A stretch of 64,000 nt of DNA from Candidatus Zixiibacteriota bacterium (GCA_024280215.1 JAJRQO010000007.1:35371-99370); one strand, 5' to 3'; shown: positions 22,260 through 33,203, numbered from the stretch's first letter. Notes: generated from the letters alone by a model not told the origin. Translations and numbers: made by a program.

Positions 22260-23273
22260 GTGAGTTTTAGTATGAGCGATTCTGTTACGGACAATACAAT
22301 AAAAGATGATTGTATAAGTAAGCTTGAGCAATTATCAAAGAATATTTCTTCTACTCAAAGAATACGGGATAGCTTTAGCAAATTTCCAAATGGATTCTTG
22401 ATTAATGATTCTATTAACGCAAATCGTTTTTTTGAAAATACAATAAAAGAACCAACAAGAAAAGATAAACTTTCTCAATTTATTTCATCTATTAAAGTTA
22501 TAAAAAAACTTGGCACGTCGTCATTTGAAATAGCTATTCCATCTACCTTCATTGAGAAAAATAATAAAATTGATGCTATTAAACTTATCAATGAAGCAAT
22601 AATTCTTTGGACTAAGAATTTTGTTTATAAAATTCCAACCTCAGAAAAAGCTCTTAAACGATTTGAGAAAACAAAAGATAATTTAAATACAATTAGCTCT
22701 TTAGACCCAAAATTACAAAAATATTTTCTAATTCCTCAATGTATAAATACGGATACAATTACTATTCAGTACTCTGAAAAATGTAAAACCCTTTCTCTTG
22801 ATAGCAACTCAATTACTCTTATAGACAATTTTTTGCATAGCTACTTTACTAGAATATTTGATATTGCCACAAGTGATAAAACTCTTCTACGTGGCTTCCA
22901 ACATGGTGATTTACATTTTAGAAATTTACTACAGACCAAAGAAGATACTCTGCTTATTACAGATTTAGATTTGATAAAATTAAACGGTTTCCCATTTTTG
23001 GATTTGATGCATTTTGCTATCCATTTAATTAGAACTACCGAAAGAACAAGCCAGTACGAACCTCTTGAATTATTCTTGTCGGACAAAAGCTACTTATATG
23101 GTAAACTTCTATCATTAAATTTCTATAAACTTTCTGAATTATGGCTTAAGCATTATAACGATGAATATATACCTCTTTACATACATAGCCAAATAGAGTG
23201 GTATCACTATAACAAAGTTGTCTCTGATGAATTATCTCAACTTGAAAAATTGATAGTTCTATATAACCTATGA
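22260..23273 (+). CDS. Kinase-like protein (aminoglycoside/choline-kinase APH fold)
   Basis: Contains FQHGDLHFRNLL (Brenner motif HGDxxxxN) and ITDLDLIK (DxD). The start could be the GTG at 22260 or the ATG at 22272. Confidence 0.45.
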   Translation: MSFSMSDSVTDNTIKDDCISKLEQLSKNISSTQRIRDSFSKFPNGFLINDSINANRFFENTIKEPTRKDKLSQFISSIKVIKKLGTSSFEIAIPSTFIEKNNKIDAIKLINEAIILWTKNFVYKIPTSEKALKRFEKTKDNLNTISSLDPKLQKYFLIPQCINTDTITIQYSEKCKTLSLDSNSITLIDNFLHSYFTRIFDIATSDKTLLRGFQHGDLHFRNLLQTKEDTLLITDLDLIKLNGFPFLDLMHFAIHLIRTTERTSQYEPLELFLSDKSYLYGKLLSLNFYKLSELWLKHYNDEYIPLYIHSQIEWYHYNKVVSDELSQLEKLIVLYNL

Positions 23274-24625
23274 TACTTTCTGAAAGAAAAAAAGATGCGG
23301 TACTTGTTGCCGTATATTCTTATAGCGGACTTATATTAAGTTTTATCTATAGTTCTTTGTTTATACGTTTTGATGGGGGAGAGCTATACGGTATTTATGC
23401 TCATGCCTTAGCTATTTTGAGTTTTATAGTTGTCGCATTAGGGTTTGGATTTCAGGTTGGTTTAGTAAAAATAAATATATCGCTTGAAAAATACAGATCG
23501 ATAGCAACCACTACTATGCTGTTCTGGGGGACGGTGGTCTTAGCTGGGATGTTTTTTTATTTTGTTGCATACTACGAGTCAAAATTCAGCTCTTCGTTTT
23601 TACTTGTCATAGCCGCAGGATGTGCCGCTCTAACCGAATTAATCGCCGTAGTCTGGCAATGGATGAAAAAAATTGTCGCCTTTCGTGGCTATGTAGTCTT
23701 GCGCTCGCTTATAAATATCAGCTTGGTCTCATTATTGATTTATGAACTTATAAATATTGAATTGTTTCTTATCTTGTTAGCTCTTTTTTCAATTTTACAT
23801 TTTACATTTTTGGTTATAAAAAGTGGAGCGATTTCAATCTTTCATGATTTTAGTTTTAACAAAGAAAATTATAACGAAATAAAAACAAATCTTTGGAGCC
23901 AAAGTAAATTTTTCTGGGCTTCATTGTTAGCAGTTGCCGTTTACGGAAAAGTGGGTATCGTCATGCTCAAATTTTTCTCGTTTTCAAATATAGAAATCGG
24001 GAGATACGCATATCTATACACTATCATGGCGGCACTTTTGATACTCCCTTCTGCGATACAAACCTATCTCATGCGACCACTTTTTGCAAAAGATATGGAT
24101 GGCTCATCTGTCTTAAAAAAAATACTTCCAATCTACATAATCATAGGTGCAACCTGTTCATATCTCTTTTGGAAAGAGCTCCCAGTTGTTATTGAATTAA
24201 TTATTGGGAAAAGTTCTGACCTTGTAGAAATTTACTGGGCGTTTGCTCCAACCATATTAATTGTCTATATTGCAAATTTACTTGGCATGGCACTTATGAC
24301 AGAGGGGAAAGAAAAAGAGAGGGCAATCATCCAATGGGGGTCAGCAATTTCACATATTCTCTTAACTATAATTTTAATTCCAAGTTTCGGACTCAAAGGT
24401 GCAGCTCTTGCAACAACAGGCTCGTATTTTTTACTTCTGTTAGGCTTTCTTTATGTGAATCTCAAACATAATATCTGGAACAGTAGAAAATTTAGTTTAA
24501 GCTTAGTTGCTATTGCTATTATCTCAATATCATTTTATTACTATGAACAACTGATTTTACTTCCTCTTCTGATTGCAGTATGGTTACTCATAAAGCAATA
24601 TATTTCCTCTAAATCATTTAGATAA
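23270..24625 (+). CDS. Wzx-like polysaccharide flippase (MOP superfamily)
   Basis: 451 aa with about 12-14 TM helices, in polysaccharide-locus context. Confidence 0.6.
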   Translation: MILSERKKDAVLVAVYSYSGLILSFIYSSLFIRFDGGELYGIYAHALAILSFIVVALGFGFQVGLVKINISLEKYRSIATTTMLFWGTVVLAGMFFYFVAYYESKFSSSFLLVIAAGCAALTELIAVVWQWMKKIVAFRGYVVLRSLINISLVSLLIYELINIELFLILLALFSILHFTFLVIKSGAISIFHDFSFNKENYNEIKTNLWSQSKFFWASLLAVAVYGKVGIVMLKFFSFSNIEIGRYAYLYTIMAALLILPSAIQTYLMRPLFAKDMDGSSVLKKILPIYIIIGATCSYLFWKELPVVIELIIGKSSDLVEIYWAFAPTILIVYIANLLGMALMTEGKEKERAIIQWGSAISHILLTIILIPSFGLKGAALATTGSYFLLLLGFLYVNLKHNIWNSRKFSLSLVAIAIISISFYYYEQLILLPLLIAVWLLIKQYISSKSFR

Positions 24626-24762
24626 CTTCACATTGCTACTTGGCAATAATTTCCAATAATTCAAGAATATATTTCCGTTCAATCATCTAAATTTCTGAAT
24701 AAATCAGTTGTGGCTTATCGTAAGTTATAGCAATACAGCAAGATAGGTAATGTGTTTCAGTT

Positions 24763-24777
24763 TGGCACACTCTTTGA
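24763..24777 (+). promoter_or_regulatory. Sigma54-like -24/-12 element (TGGCAC-N5-TTGA)
   Basis: TGGCAC lies at 24763-24768, followed by 5 nt and TTGA at 24774-24777, inside the 376-nt gap upstream of the heparinase-like gene. The -12 element is GA rather than the consensus GC. Confidence 0.25.
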
Positions 24778-25001
24778 TAGTTATAAAGGTGAATAACCTA
24801 AAACTTGTCATGGAGTGACAAAATGAGCCGAATAAAGTATTCAAAAGACCATAACAAAAAGACCTCTTTTTTTGCATTTGTCCCACAAGGAAGTACCTTA
24901 GTCGAAGTGCTTACCTCCCCAAAAAAAGTAATGGAAAAACTTCGCAGTAATTCATTAGACGTAAAGAAAAACTATAAGATAAACAATAACTAAGGGCTAT
25001 C

Positions 25002-27026
25002 ATGTTTCGTGTTTACCTTATAAAAATTAGACAAAAAATAATTCATCTGGTAAAAAAATATCAACCACCTATAAAGGTTCTTTCAATAGCTACGTTTTAT
25101 GAAAAATCTTATCAGGATGAAAAACCTACGTCGTATTATTTCTTAAATCGTAATGAACCGAATTTCTTTTTTAATCCATCTGAATATGAAACATACGCAA
25201 CGTATCTCAAAACAAATTTCTCAAAGTCTGTGACAACAACAATTGCAAATGCTGACGATGCCATCGGACATACATTTGATTTACTTGGTTCAGGTAAAAC
25301 TAATTTGTCAAAAAAAATAAACTGGCATACAGATTTTAAATCTGGTAAATTTTGGAACAATGATCACTACACAAAAATACAGATAATAAATCAAAAAGAT
25401 AATTCTGATATCAAAGTCCCATGGGAACTTTCACGCCTGCAACATTTTACCGACTTAGGAAAAGCATTCTGGCTTACAGAAGATGAGACTTATCTCCGTG
25501 AATTTGTCTCAACAGTTGAAAACTGGCAATCAGAAAATAAAATCGACCATGGTCCAAACTGGACTTGCTCGATGGAAATTGCTATTCGTGTTATAAATAT
25601 TATCTGGGGTCTTTACTTCTTTTCAGCTAAAAATCTTCTTACCGATTCGTTCGTACAAAATACTATTCATATGATCTATTATCATGCTATGCATATTGAA
25701 AAGAACCTTGAAATAATTGATGATGGTGCTAATAGCAACCATTTGCTCTCAAACTATCTTGGACTTTTTTATATAGGGCTACTCTTTCCTCAGTTTGATC
25801 GCTCACAAAAATGGCGACAACTTGCATGTGAAGGTCTTGAAAAAGAAATCATGGCAGAAATAAACACCGACGGTGCCGACTATGAATGTTCTACTTCATA
25901 CCATCGTTTAGTCTTAGAGATATTTCTCTCAGCATACATTCTTGGACAAAAAAATAGTTACAACTTTTCCGAAAGCTACAAAAATCGTCTTCAAAAGATG
26001 CTTCACTTTTCAGAATCAATCACAACACAGTCGGGAGTTACTCCTTATATAGGTGACAATGATGACGGATTTATCATAAAGCTATCACACGACAACCCAG
26101 CATCACACAATCATCTTATCGAACTTGGTGCACACTTGTTTAGTAGAAGTTTACCAGATTTCATAAATGGCTCTGAAGAAATTCTCTTCTATTTTGGGAC
26201 AGAAAAGTTAGAAAATTTACTTACACGAAAAATCAGTTCATCACTTTTTAAAGAGAGTGGTTATGCAGTTATTCGTTCAGAAAAGTTACATTTGTTATTT
26301 TCTGCGACTAAAATAACACCCAACGCATTGGGGGGACATAAACATAATGACAATCTATCCTTTACGCTTGAGCATAACAAGACTCCATACTTCATTGACC
26401 CTGGGACATTTTGCTATACCTCAGATTTTGCTATGCGAAACAAAAATCGCTCAGTAAAAAATCATAATACAGTAGCTATTGATTCAGAAGAGCAAAACAG
26501 ATTTTTTGATTCACGACTCTTCTATTTATTCAATGATAGTAAAGCAGAAATTGACCTCTGGACAAACACTGGTCAGTTTATCATCGTCAGTGGAACTCAT
26601 CGTGGTTATGCCAGAAATGATTCCAAAATTATCCACCGTAGAACTATACAAGTAAATTTACGTACATCTCTGATAGAAATTATTGATGAGCTTACAGGTG
26701 AAAGTAATAGAGAACATCTTTTTGAAACTCGCTTTATTACACCTGTTGAAAATATAGACGTACAAAAGAATAAAATAATTTATCTTAAAAATAATTCCGT
26801 AGATGAGCTTGTTATGTCGTTTGATTCATCTGCTCAACAGAAAATTACAGTCACACCATCAGAGTATTATCCCCGGTTTGGTGTTTCTAAACCTGCTCAA
26901 ACGATAACAAGAGTTCAAAAAACAAAATTACCTTTAATTAATAAAACTTCGATTATATTACAAAAAATAAAAGATGACAATATTGTTTCAACTTGCAAGA
27001 TGGAAGAATTATCAGCAACGGTATAA
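25002..27026 (+). CDS. Heparinase II/III-family protein
   Basis: 674 aa with an N-terminal alginate-lyase-like toroid region (PWELSRLQH, NHLLSNY) and a C-terminal GGHKHNDNLSF motif typical of the Hepar_II_III domain. Confidence 0.7.
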   Translation: MFRVYLIKIRQKIIHLVKKYQPPIKVLSIATFYEKSYQDEKPTSYYFLNRNEPNFFFNPSEYETYATYLKTNFSKSVTTTIANADDAIGHTFDLLGSGKTNLSKKINWHTDFKSGKFWNNDHYTKIQIINQKDNSDIKVPWELSRLQHFTDLGKAFWLTEDETYLREFVSTVENWQSENKIDHGPNWTCSMEIAIRVINIIWGLYFFSAKNLLTDSFVQNTIHMIYYHAMHIEKNLEIIDDGANSNHLLSNYLGLFYIGLLFPQFDRSQKWRQLACEGLEKEIMAEINTDGADYECSTSYHRLVLEIFLSAYILGQKNSYNFSESYKNRLQKMLHFSESITTQSGVTPYIGDNDDGFIIKLSHDNPASHNHLIELGAHLFSRSLPDFINGSEEILFYFGTEKLENLLTRKISSSLFKESGYAVIRSEKLHLLFSATKITPNALGGHKHNDNLSFTLEHNKTPYFIDPGTFCYTSDFAMRNKNRSVKNHNTVAIDSEEQNRFFDSRLFYLFNDSKAEIDLWTNTGQFIIVSGTHRGYARNDSKIIHRRTIQVNLRTSLIEIIDELTGESNREHLFETRFITPVENIDVQKNKIIYLKNNSVDELVMSFDSSAQQKITVTPSEYYPRFGVSKPAQTITRVQKTKLPLINKTSIILQKIKDDNIVSTCKMEELSATV

Positions 27027-27028
27027 AT

Positions 27029-28549
27029 ATGAATTCTATTGTAATACAGCAAATTACTCAACCAGTAAAACAAATCGTAGGTGGACTTCTTATCGTAGCA
27101 ATTCTTACAGCATCTATCTTTATGCAAGTCACATTAAACCAAGTATTGGCAATTCTCTTAGGTTCTGTTGTCTGTTTGTTATGGTTTAACAATAAAGTCT
27201 ATGGTCTCACATCAGCAGTAATATTTTTTCTAATAAAACCGTTTTGGTTACGTTTAGCATACCATGTTGATATGTCGATGTACGGTAACGCAGGATTTGA
27301 TTTGTTAGGCATTACACCATCATTAATACTTATTGGACTTATTAGTTCACATATTTATTTATCAATCATAGAAAAGAAAAAACTCAATCCAGATAGAACA
27401 AGAATTTTAATTTCTCTATTTACGGCTCTCTGCTTTCTTTCAATCTTTTTTCCAACCAACTCAATCTTTGTTGGGATGGCAGGTTTTCAACGAAATATTT
27501 TACCTAACATGCTTATCTTGTTTTTAGCGGCTTCGGTAATAAAAACTAAAGAAGATATATTGATTTTGGTAAAATCATTGGCTGTTGTTGGGCTAATTTC
27601 AATTCTCTATGGCATAGGACAATTTATTGTTGGTATCTATCCGTGGGAAATTCTTTGGATGAAAGATGTAGGTTTTGCAAATTCAACTGCAGGATGGCTC
27701 ACGATTGGTTTACGAGGTATTGAATTTCGAATATTTTCAATGTTTTATTATCGGACAGATTTCTTTTTCACTAATGTGCTTATCTTTTCTCTGATAATGG
27801 CATATGCCAAATCTTTAACAGGCTTTATGAGATTTGTAAAAATCAGTTTCTATATTTGCTGGTTTGTGATGATGATAATTACTTTTGAACGAACACCGCT
27901 CATCATGTCATTCATGGCATTATCGATTGTTTATTATTTGAATGCGACACAGAAAAAACGAAAAATGCTTCTAACAATTGCGATTACCCTTGCTATTGCC
28001 AGTTATTCGACACTTCTGGTTTTTGAACCATACTTAAAAAGTTCTGGAGTCGAGTCACTCATTCGCCTTGCTGAGATGACTAATCCACTGGAAGCAGGTT
28101 CAATTCACGATAGAACAGACAATTATTGGGGACCATCACTTGATATTATTAAGGCAAATCCAATAGGTGTTGGTATTGGGAATGGTAGCGGTACAAAAGC
28201 TTCAGGTCAACTCGATTTAGCAGACACGGGAAATATACATACTCATAATGAACTTCTCCAAAAAATTTTAGAGACAGGAATTTTGGGTGGAATATTGTTT
28301 TTATTGTTGATACTATCAATATTTAAAGATAGCTTAAGATTATCAAAAGTAGATGGCACAATGCACCATTTTGGAATTGCAATGACAACATGTGTTCTTG
28401 TCTTTATGATGAGTTCAATGATTACCTTAACCTTTAGTGGTGGGCGTGGTCTTACTTTTTGGTTATTAGTTGGGGTTATGTTAAGTATGTTGGATAAACA
28501 TCGGTTAAAAAAATCAGCTATGAATTTGTTAAGGGAAAGTAATGCATAA
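27029..28549 (+). CDS. O-antigen polymerase/ligase family membrane protein (Wzy-like)
   Basis: Multi-TM protein with a large loop carrying HTHNELLQKILETGILG (Wzy_C signature context). The ATG at 27029 follows the upstream stop directly. Confidence 0.6.
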   Translation: MNSIVIQQITQPVKQIVGGLLIVAILTASIFMQVTLNQVLAILLGSVVCLLWFNNKVYGLTSAVIFFLIKPFWLRLAYHVDMSMYGNAGFDLLGITPSLILIGLISSHIYLSIIEKKKLNPDRTRILISLFTALCFLSIFFPTNSIFVGMAGFQRNILPNMLILFLAASVIKTKEDILILVKSLAVVGLISILYGIGQFIVGIYPWEILWMKDVGFANSTAGWLTIGLRGIEFRIFSMFYYRTDFFFTNVLIFSLIMAYAKSLTGFMRFVKISFYICWFVMMIITFERTPLIMSFMALSIVYYLNATQKKRKMLLTIAITLAIASYSTLLVFEPYLKSSGVESLIRLAEMTNPLEAGSIHDRTDNYWGPSLDIIKANPIGVGIGNGSGTKASGQLDLADTGNIHTHNELLQKILETGILGGILFLLLILSIFKDSLRLSKVDGTMHHFGIAMTTCVLVFMMSSMITLTFSGGRGLTFWLLVGVMLSMLDKHRLKKSAMNLLRESNA

Positions 28550-29900
28550 AAATAGATTTAAGCAACATTCACTATTAGTAATAACACATTCATATAAACC
28601 GCTTTTAAATCCAAGAGCTTTCAGATGGACGGCGATTTTAGAAGAGTGGGCAACAGATGGAACCAGAATTGATGTCATCACGTCATGGCAACCTGGTCAG
28701 GCTCGTGAGGAAATTATCAACAATGTACATGTTTTTAGAGTCAATGATTCTATCATAGAAAAAGTACGGACAAAATTTAATAATTCAGATAGAAAAACAA
28801 CAGCAACTAAAAACAAAGCAACACATAAAGAATCAACCGTAAAAAAAATAGTAAAATCTACTTTAAAAAATCTTCATGATTTCACTTGGAAAAATCTCTA
28901 CTGGCCTGACTATGCAACTCTATGGAAAAAAACGGCTATCAAAAATGCCGAATATCTTATTGAGCATGAATCGTATGATACTATTATTTCTATATCTGAT
29001 CCGTTTACATCGCACTTAGTTGGTTATGCTCTTAAAAACAAATATCCGAATCTAAAATGGATGGTTGATATTGGTGACCCATTCTGCTTTCGTCATGATA
29101 CACCAACGAATAATCATGCACTCTATTACAAGAAAAACTATAAAATAGAAAAAGAAATATTTGCAAAGACGGACTGTATTTCTGTCACAACAGAGACAAC
29201 AAAACAAAAATACGCCGAACTCTTTCCTGAGTCATCAGACAAAATCAATGTAATACCACCACTCATGGCACCATCTACACAAGTATCTAAAATACTCGAT
29301 AATCATACAAACAGCATAAAACTTATTTTTGTTGGTACACTATACAAAGCGATTCGAAACCCTCATTATCTCTTACATCTCTTTTCCAAACTATTACATA
29401 GCAATATATCAGATAAACTTGAGTTGCATTTTTATGGCGGTATCAATGATTGTCAAAGTGAATTTACATCGTATCGGTCTATGGTTAATAAAAACTTGTT
29501 TCTACATGGTCTTGTGCCAAGAGAAGAAGTACTGCAAGCAATGGACAACGCAACTGTTTTGATAAATATTGGAAATGATAACATGTACCAACTTCCAAGT
29601 AAAATTGTAGAATATGTCCTCACAGGTAAACCAATCATAAATATAGCAAAACTTTCAAATGACAGTTCAACGGAATTTCTACAATCCTATCCGTCTACTT
29701 TAATTTTATTCGATAATCAAGAAAATAATGTAGAACATGAATTTTCCAAATGTATTTCATTTCTTAACAACCTGCCAGAATTACTGTCAGTAGAAAAAAG
29801 AAATATATGGAAAAATAATTTTAGCACATCAAAAATTACAAATCAATATAAGAATCTCATATTGAAAACAGACGTAAAAGAAAAAGAGCTCATCTTATGA
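28542..29900 (+). CDS. Glycosyltransferase (GT-B fold, GT4-like)
   Basis: 452 aa. The C-terminal half (LIFVGTLY..., LPSKIVEYVLTGKPIINI) resembles the GT1/GT4 nucleotide-sugar-binding domain. Confidence 0.55.
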   Translation: MHKNRFKQHSLLVITHSYKPLLNPRAFRWTAILEEWATDGTRIDVITSWQPGQAREEIINNVHVFRVNDSIIEKVRTKFNNSDRKTTATKNKATHKESTVKKIVKSTLKNLHDFTWKNLYWPDYATLWKKTAIKNAEYLIEHESYDTIISISDPFTSHLVGYALKNKYPNLKWMVDIGDPFCFRHDTPTNNHALYYKKNYKIEKEIFAKTDCISVTTETTKQKYAELFPESSDKINVIPPLMAPSTQVSKILDNHTNSIKLIFVGTLYKAIRNPHYLLHLFSKLLHSNISDKLELHFYGGINDCQSEFTSYRSMVNKNLFLHGLVPREEVLQAMDNATVLINIGNDNMYQLPSKIVEYVLTGKPIINIAKLSNDSSTEFLQSYPSTLILFDNQENNVEHEFSKCISFLNNLPELLSVEKRNIWKNNFSTSKITNQYKNLILKTDVKEKELIL

Positions 29901-31012
29901 AACCAGTTTGGCATATATATTATGGTACTAGAGGTACTGCGGGCTCATATATCGATGCTCTTCTAAAAGCTTCTGAAAAGGCAGGTTTAAAAGCAAAAGC
30001 ATTTGTAAGTGGAAGATATACGTACCAAACAACAGATTGTGTTCGGTGTTTTTTCCCTATTACAGACAGGTCAGAAAAACGTAATAAATTTATTATGCTA
30101 TTAAGAGGATTTGAACTTATTCTTGCATACTTTTATATAGCTGTTATAAGTATTTTCATCAGACCTACTATAACTATTCATTTGATTGATGATCTAAAAA
30201 TTACATACTATCTTTTTCTTTTTTTTAAGAAAATTAATTTACAAGTGTATATTACATGCCATGATATTCAATCGCAATATGTCGGGATGACTCAAATTCG
30301 TAAGAATATGATGTCAAATGCAGACAAGCTTATTGTGCATAATACAAATGCAAAAGTTACACTTATAAATAATATAGGTGAGGAAGCAGATAAAAGGATT
30401 AATATTTATCCATTCCCTTTTTCATCATACGATGAAATAGTAAATTGCTCAAAAATTCCTACTATAAAAGAAAATTTACTGTCATTAACTCCACAAAAAT
30501 CTTTCTATCTGTTTCTTGGAGTTATTAGAAACTCAAAAGGTATAGAGACTCTCTTAAAAGCATGGCAAATTTCAGATGCTAAAAAAAATTCAAACCTCGT
30601 TATTGCTGGAAAATGGACAGATCCAAGCTATGAAACTAGACAAATGGCAGATAGTGACTCTACCTGTATAGTTATAGACAGCTATATATCAGACGAAGAA
30701 TATGTTTCGCTAATAGAGATGTCAAAATTTGTAGTACTTCCATATCTAAACTACATACATAGTGCTGTGTTATACTCATGTGGTTATCATGGAGGGGCTG
30801 TAATAAATAGTGATATAAAACTATTTGAAGAGTCGATGCCAGCATATCCGTTAGTATTTTCTTCAGGTAATAAACACGAATTGGCAATGCTTCTAAACAA
30901 GACATTAAGAATGGATGACGCTGAGGTTGATTATTATAGAAAATTAACGAAAGATGCAATACAAAAAGAACAGCATGAACTTGTAGATAAAATAAAGTTA
31001 GTATATAATTAG
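29897..31012 (+). CDS. Glycosyltransferase (GT-B fold, GT4-like)
   Basis: 371 aa with FYLFLGVIRNSKGIETLLKAW...LVIAGKW...VVLPY, the pattern of a Glycos_transf_1 domain. Confidence 0.55.
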   Translation: MKPVWHIYYGTRGTAGSYIDALLKASEKAGLKAKAFVSGRYTYQTTDCVRCFFPITDRSEKRNKFIMLLRGFELILAYFYIAVISIFIRPTITIHLIDDLKITYYLFLFFKKINLQVYITCHDIQSQYVGMTQIRKNMMSNADKLIVHNTNAKVTLINNIGEEADKRINIYPFPFSSYDEIVNCSKIPTIKENLLSLTPQKSFYLFLGVIRNSKGIETLLKAWQISDAKKNSNLVIAGKWTDPSYETRQMADSDSTCIVIDSYISDEEYVSLIEMSKFVVLPYLNYIHSAVLYSCGYHGGAVINSDIKLFEESMPAYPLVFSSGNKHELAMLLNKTLRMDDAEVDYYRKLTKDAIQKEQHELVDKIKLVYN

Positions 31013-31040
31013 AAAATACAATAATTAATAGGATAAAATT

Positions 31041-33203
31041 ATGAAACAAGTACTACAATACGATAGAGAAAAAAAAATAAGAGTTAAAGAAATTCCAACT
31101 CCTCAGATGAAATCAGTTGGATTGGTAGTTGACAACAAAAGTTCACTCATTTCCGTAGGTACCGAACGTTCGATTATTGAACTTTCACAAATGTCTATTA
31201 TCGGAAAAGCAAAACAGAGACCAGACGCAGTGAAGATGGTGCTTGATAAAATCAAAACCGAAGGACTCAAATCAACTTATAACAAAGTTATGGGAAAACT
31301 TAGTGCTCCATTACCACTTGGGTATAGCTGTTCAGGGATTGTACGTGAAGTACACAACTCAGTAGACGCATATACTGTTGGTGAAAGAGTTGCCTGTGCT
31401 GGATTTGGATATGCCTCACACTCAGAGACTATTTTTGTACCAACAAATTTAGCGGTAAAAATTCCAGACTCTGTTTCACACGATGAAGCGAGCTTTGTTA
31501 CCCTCGGTGCTATCGCTCTCCAAGGTGTTCGAGTCGCTGATCTTCGCTTAGGTGAAACAGTAGCGGTGATTGGTTTAGGCTTACTTGGACAAATTACCTG
31601 TATGCTTCTGGAAGCATCTGGATGTAAAGTTATCGGTATGGATATCGATCCAGAAAAGCTTATTCAGGCAAAAGCGTGCGGTGCCTCAAAAACATGTATG
31701 TCAGATTCTGCCGCTGTTTCAACTATTATGGAACAAACCTCAGGACATGGTGTCGATGCCGTTATCATTACTGCTGCTACCGAATCTGCTGGACCTGTTT
31801 CACTTGCTGGTGAAATCTGTCGTGAAAAAGGAACTGTCGTTGTTGTTGGTGCGGTTAAAATGGATATCCCTCGTAAAGATTATTATAACAAAGAACTATC
31901 GCTAAAACTTTCTCGTTCTTATGGACCAGGTCGGTATGACTACTCTTACGAAGAGGCTGGTAACGACTATCCATTTTCGTATGTACGCTGGACAGAAAAT
32001 AGAAACATGGATGCGTTCATTCAACTCATAGCTAAAAATAAAATAAATATAAAACAACTTATCACTCATCGATTTGATATTGCTCAAGCAAGAGATGGAT
32101 ACAAATTAATTTCTGGCACCACCGATGAAAAATTTATGGGTGTAATTTTAAACTATAACCAAACGACTAATAGAATCAAAGAAACTACCACAGAAGTAAA
32201 ATTAACATCGCCAAATCAAAACTGTGAAACTAATATTGGTTTTATTGGAGCAGGTGGATTTGCTTCAGGTGTTTTACTGCCAAATATGAAACAAGTTGGT
32301 GGGTATAATTTCAAATCTATCGTTTCAGGCTCTGGTATATCAGCTGACTCATCATCTGAACGTTTTGGATTTGAATCTACCGTCTCAACAACAAATGAGT
32401 TAATGCAAAACAAAGATATCGGTACTGTCTTCATTGCCAACCGTCATAACCAACATGCCGATTTAGTTTTAGAAGCAATGCAAAATGATAAATCTGTCTT
32501 TGTCGAAAAACCTCTTTGTATGAATCAAGAAGAGCTAAATAAAATTATCACACAATACAATCGAAACCAACCTCGCATGATGGTCGGGTTCAACCGTCGC
32601 TTTGCTCCAATCATTAAGGAAATCAAACAAAAACTACAAGAGAACGATTATCCTCTTTCGATGTACTACCGTGTCAATGGTGGCTTCATTCCATCAGGTA
32701 CATGGATTCAGGATGCAGAAACTGGTGGTGGACGAATCATCGGAGAAGTTTGTCATTTCGTTGACTTACTTTCATACATAACAGATTCACCAATTTGCAA
32801 AGTTGAAGCAGAGTCACTTGCAATGCCTGATGAACGGTTCCGATCTGATGACAATATTCAAATCACTTTACGATTTGAAAATGGTTCAGTCGGAACTATC
32901 AACTATGTAGCATCAGGTAATACAAAAGTTTCAAAAGAATATCTGGAAATTTTTGGTGGAGGTATGGCAATCACTATGGATGATTTCAGAACTCTTACAA
33001 TTGCTGATGACAAAAATACAAAAATTGATAAAAAACAATCTCAAGATAAAGGTCACAATGCGATGTTAAAATCATTTTGTGAATCTCTTAAACAAAAATC
33101 CGCTTCACCAATTCCATTTACAGAAATTGTTAATGGAACCGAAGCAACTTTTGCAATCTTAGAATCACTTTCACAAGGAGGGGCTATATGGCTAAACGAT
33201 TAA
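31041..33203 (+). CDS. Bi-domain oxidoreductase (Zn-dependent alcohol dehydrogenase-like N-half fused to a Gfo/Idh/MocA C-half)
   Basis: The N-half has the MDR Rossmann motif VAVIGLGLLGQ. The C-half has IGFIGAGGFASG and an EKPL motif (VFVEKPLCMN). Confidence 0.75.
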   Translation: MKQVLQYDREKKIRVKEIPTPQMKSVGLVVDNKSSLISVGTERSIIELSQMSIIGKAKQRPDAVKMVLDKIKTEGLKSTYNKVMGKLSAPLPLGYSCSGIVREVHNSVDAYTVGERVACAGFGYASHSETIFVPTNLAVKIPDSVSHDEASFVTLGAIALQGVRVADLRLGETVAVIGLGLLGQITCMLLEASGCKVIGMDIDPEKLIQAKACGASKTCMSDSAAVSTIMEQTSGHGVDAVIITAATESAGPVSLAGEICREKGTVVVVGAVKMDIPRKDYYNKELSLKLSRSYGPGRYDYSYEEAGNDYPFSYVRWTENRNMDAFIQLIAKNKINIKQLITHRFDIAQARDGYKLISGTTDEKFMGVILNYNQTTNRIKETTTEVKLTSPNQNCETNIGFIGAGGFASGVLLPNMKQVGGYNFKSIVSGSGISADSSSERFGFESTVSTTNELMQNKDIGTVFIANRHNQHADLVLEAMQNDKSVFVEKPLCMNQEELNKIITQYNRNQPRMMVGFNRRFAPIIKEIKQKLQENDYPLSMYYRVNGGFIPSGTWIQDAETGGGRIIGEVCHFVDLLSYITDSPICKVEAESLAMPDERFRSDDNIQITLRFENGSVGTINYVASGNTKVSKEYLEIFGGGMAITMDDFRTLTIADDKNTKIDKKQSQDKGHNAMLKSFCESLKQKSASPIPFTEIVNGTEATFAILESLSQGGAIWLND

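Noticed and set aside
24805-24993. A 62-aa ORF in the polysaccharide-locus gap.
   Set aside because: It has a TTG start, no RBS, Lys/Asn-rich low-complexity sequence and no recognisable family. I treat the region as non-coding.
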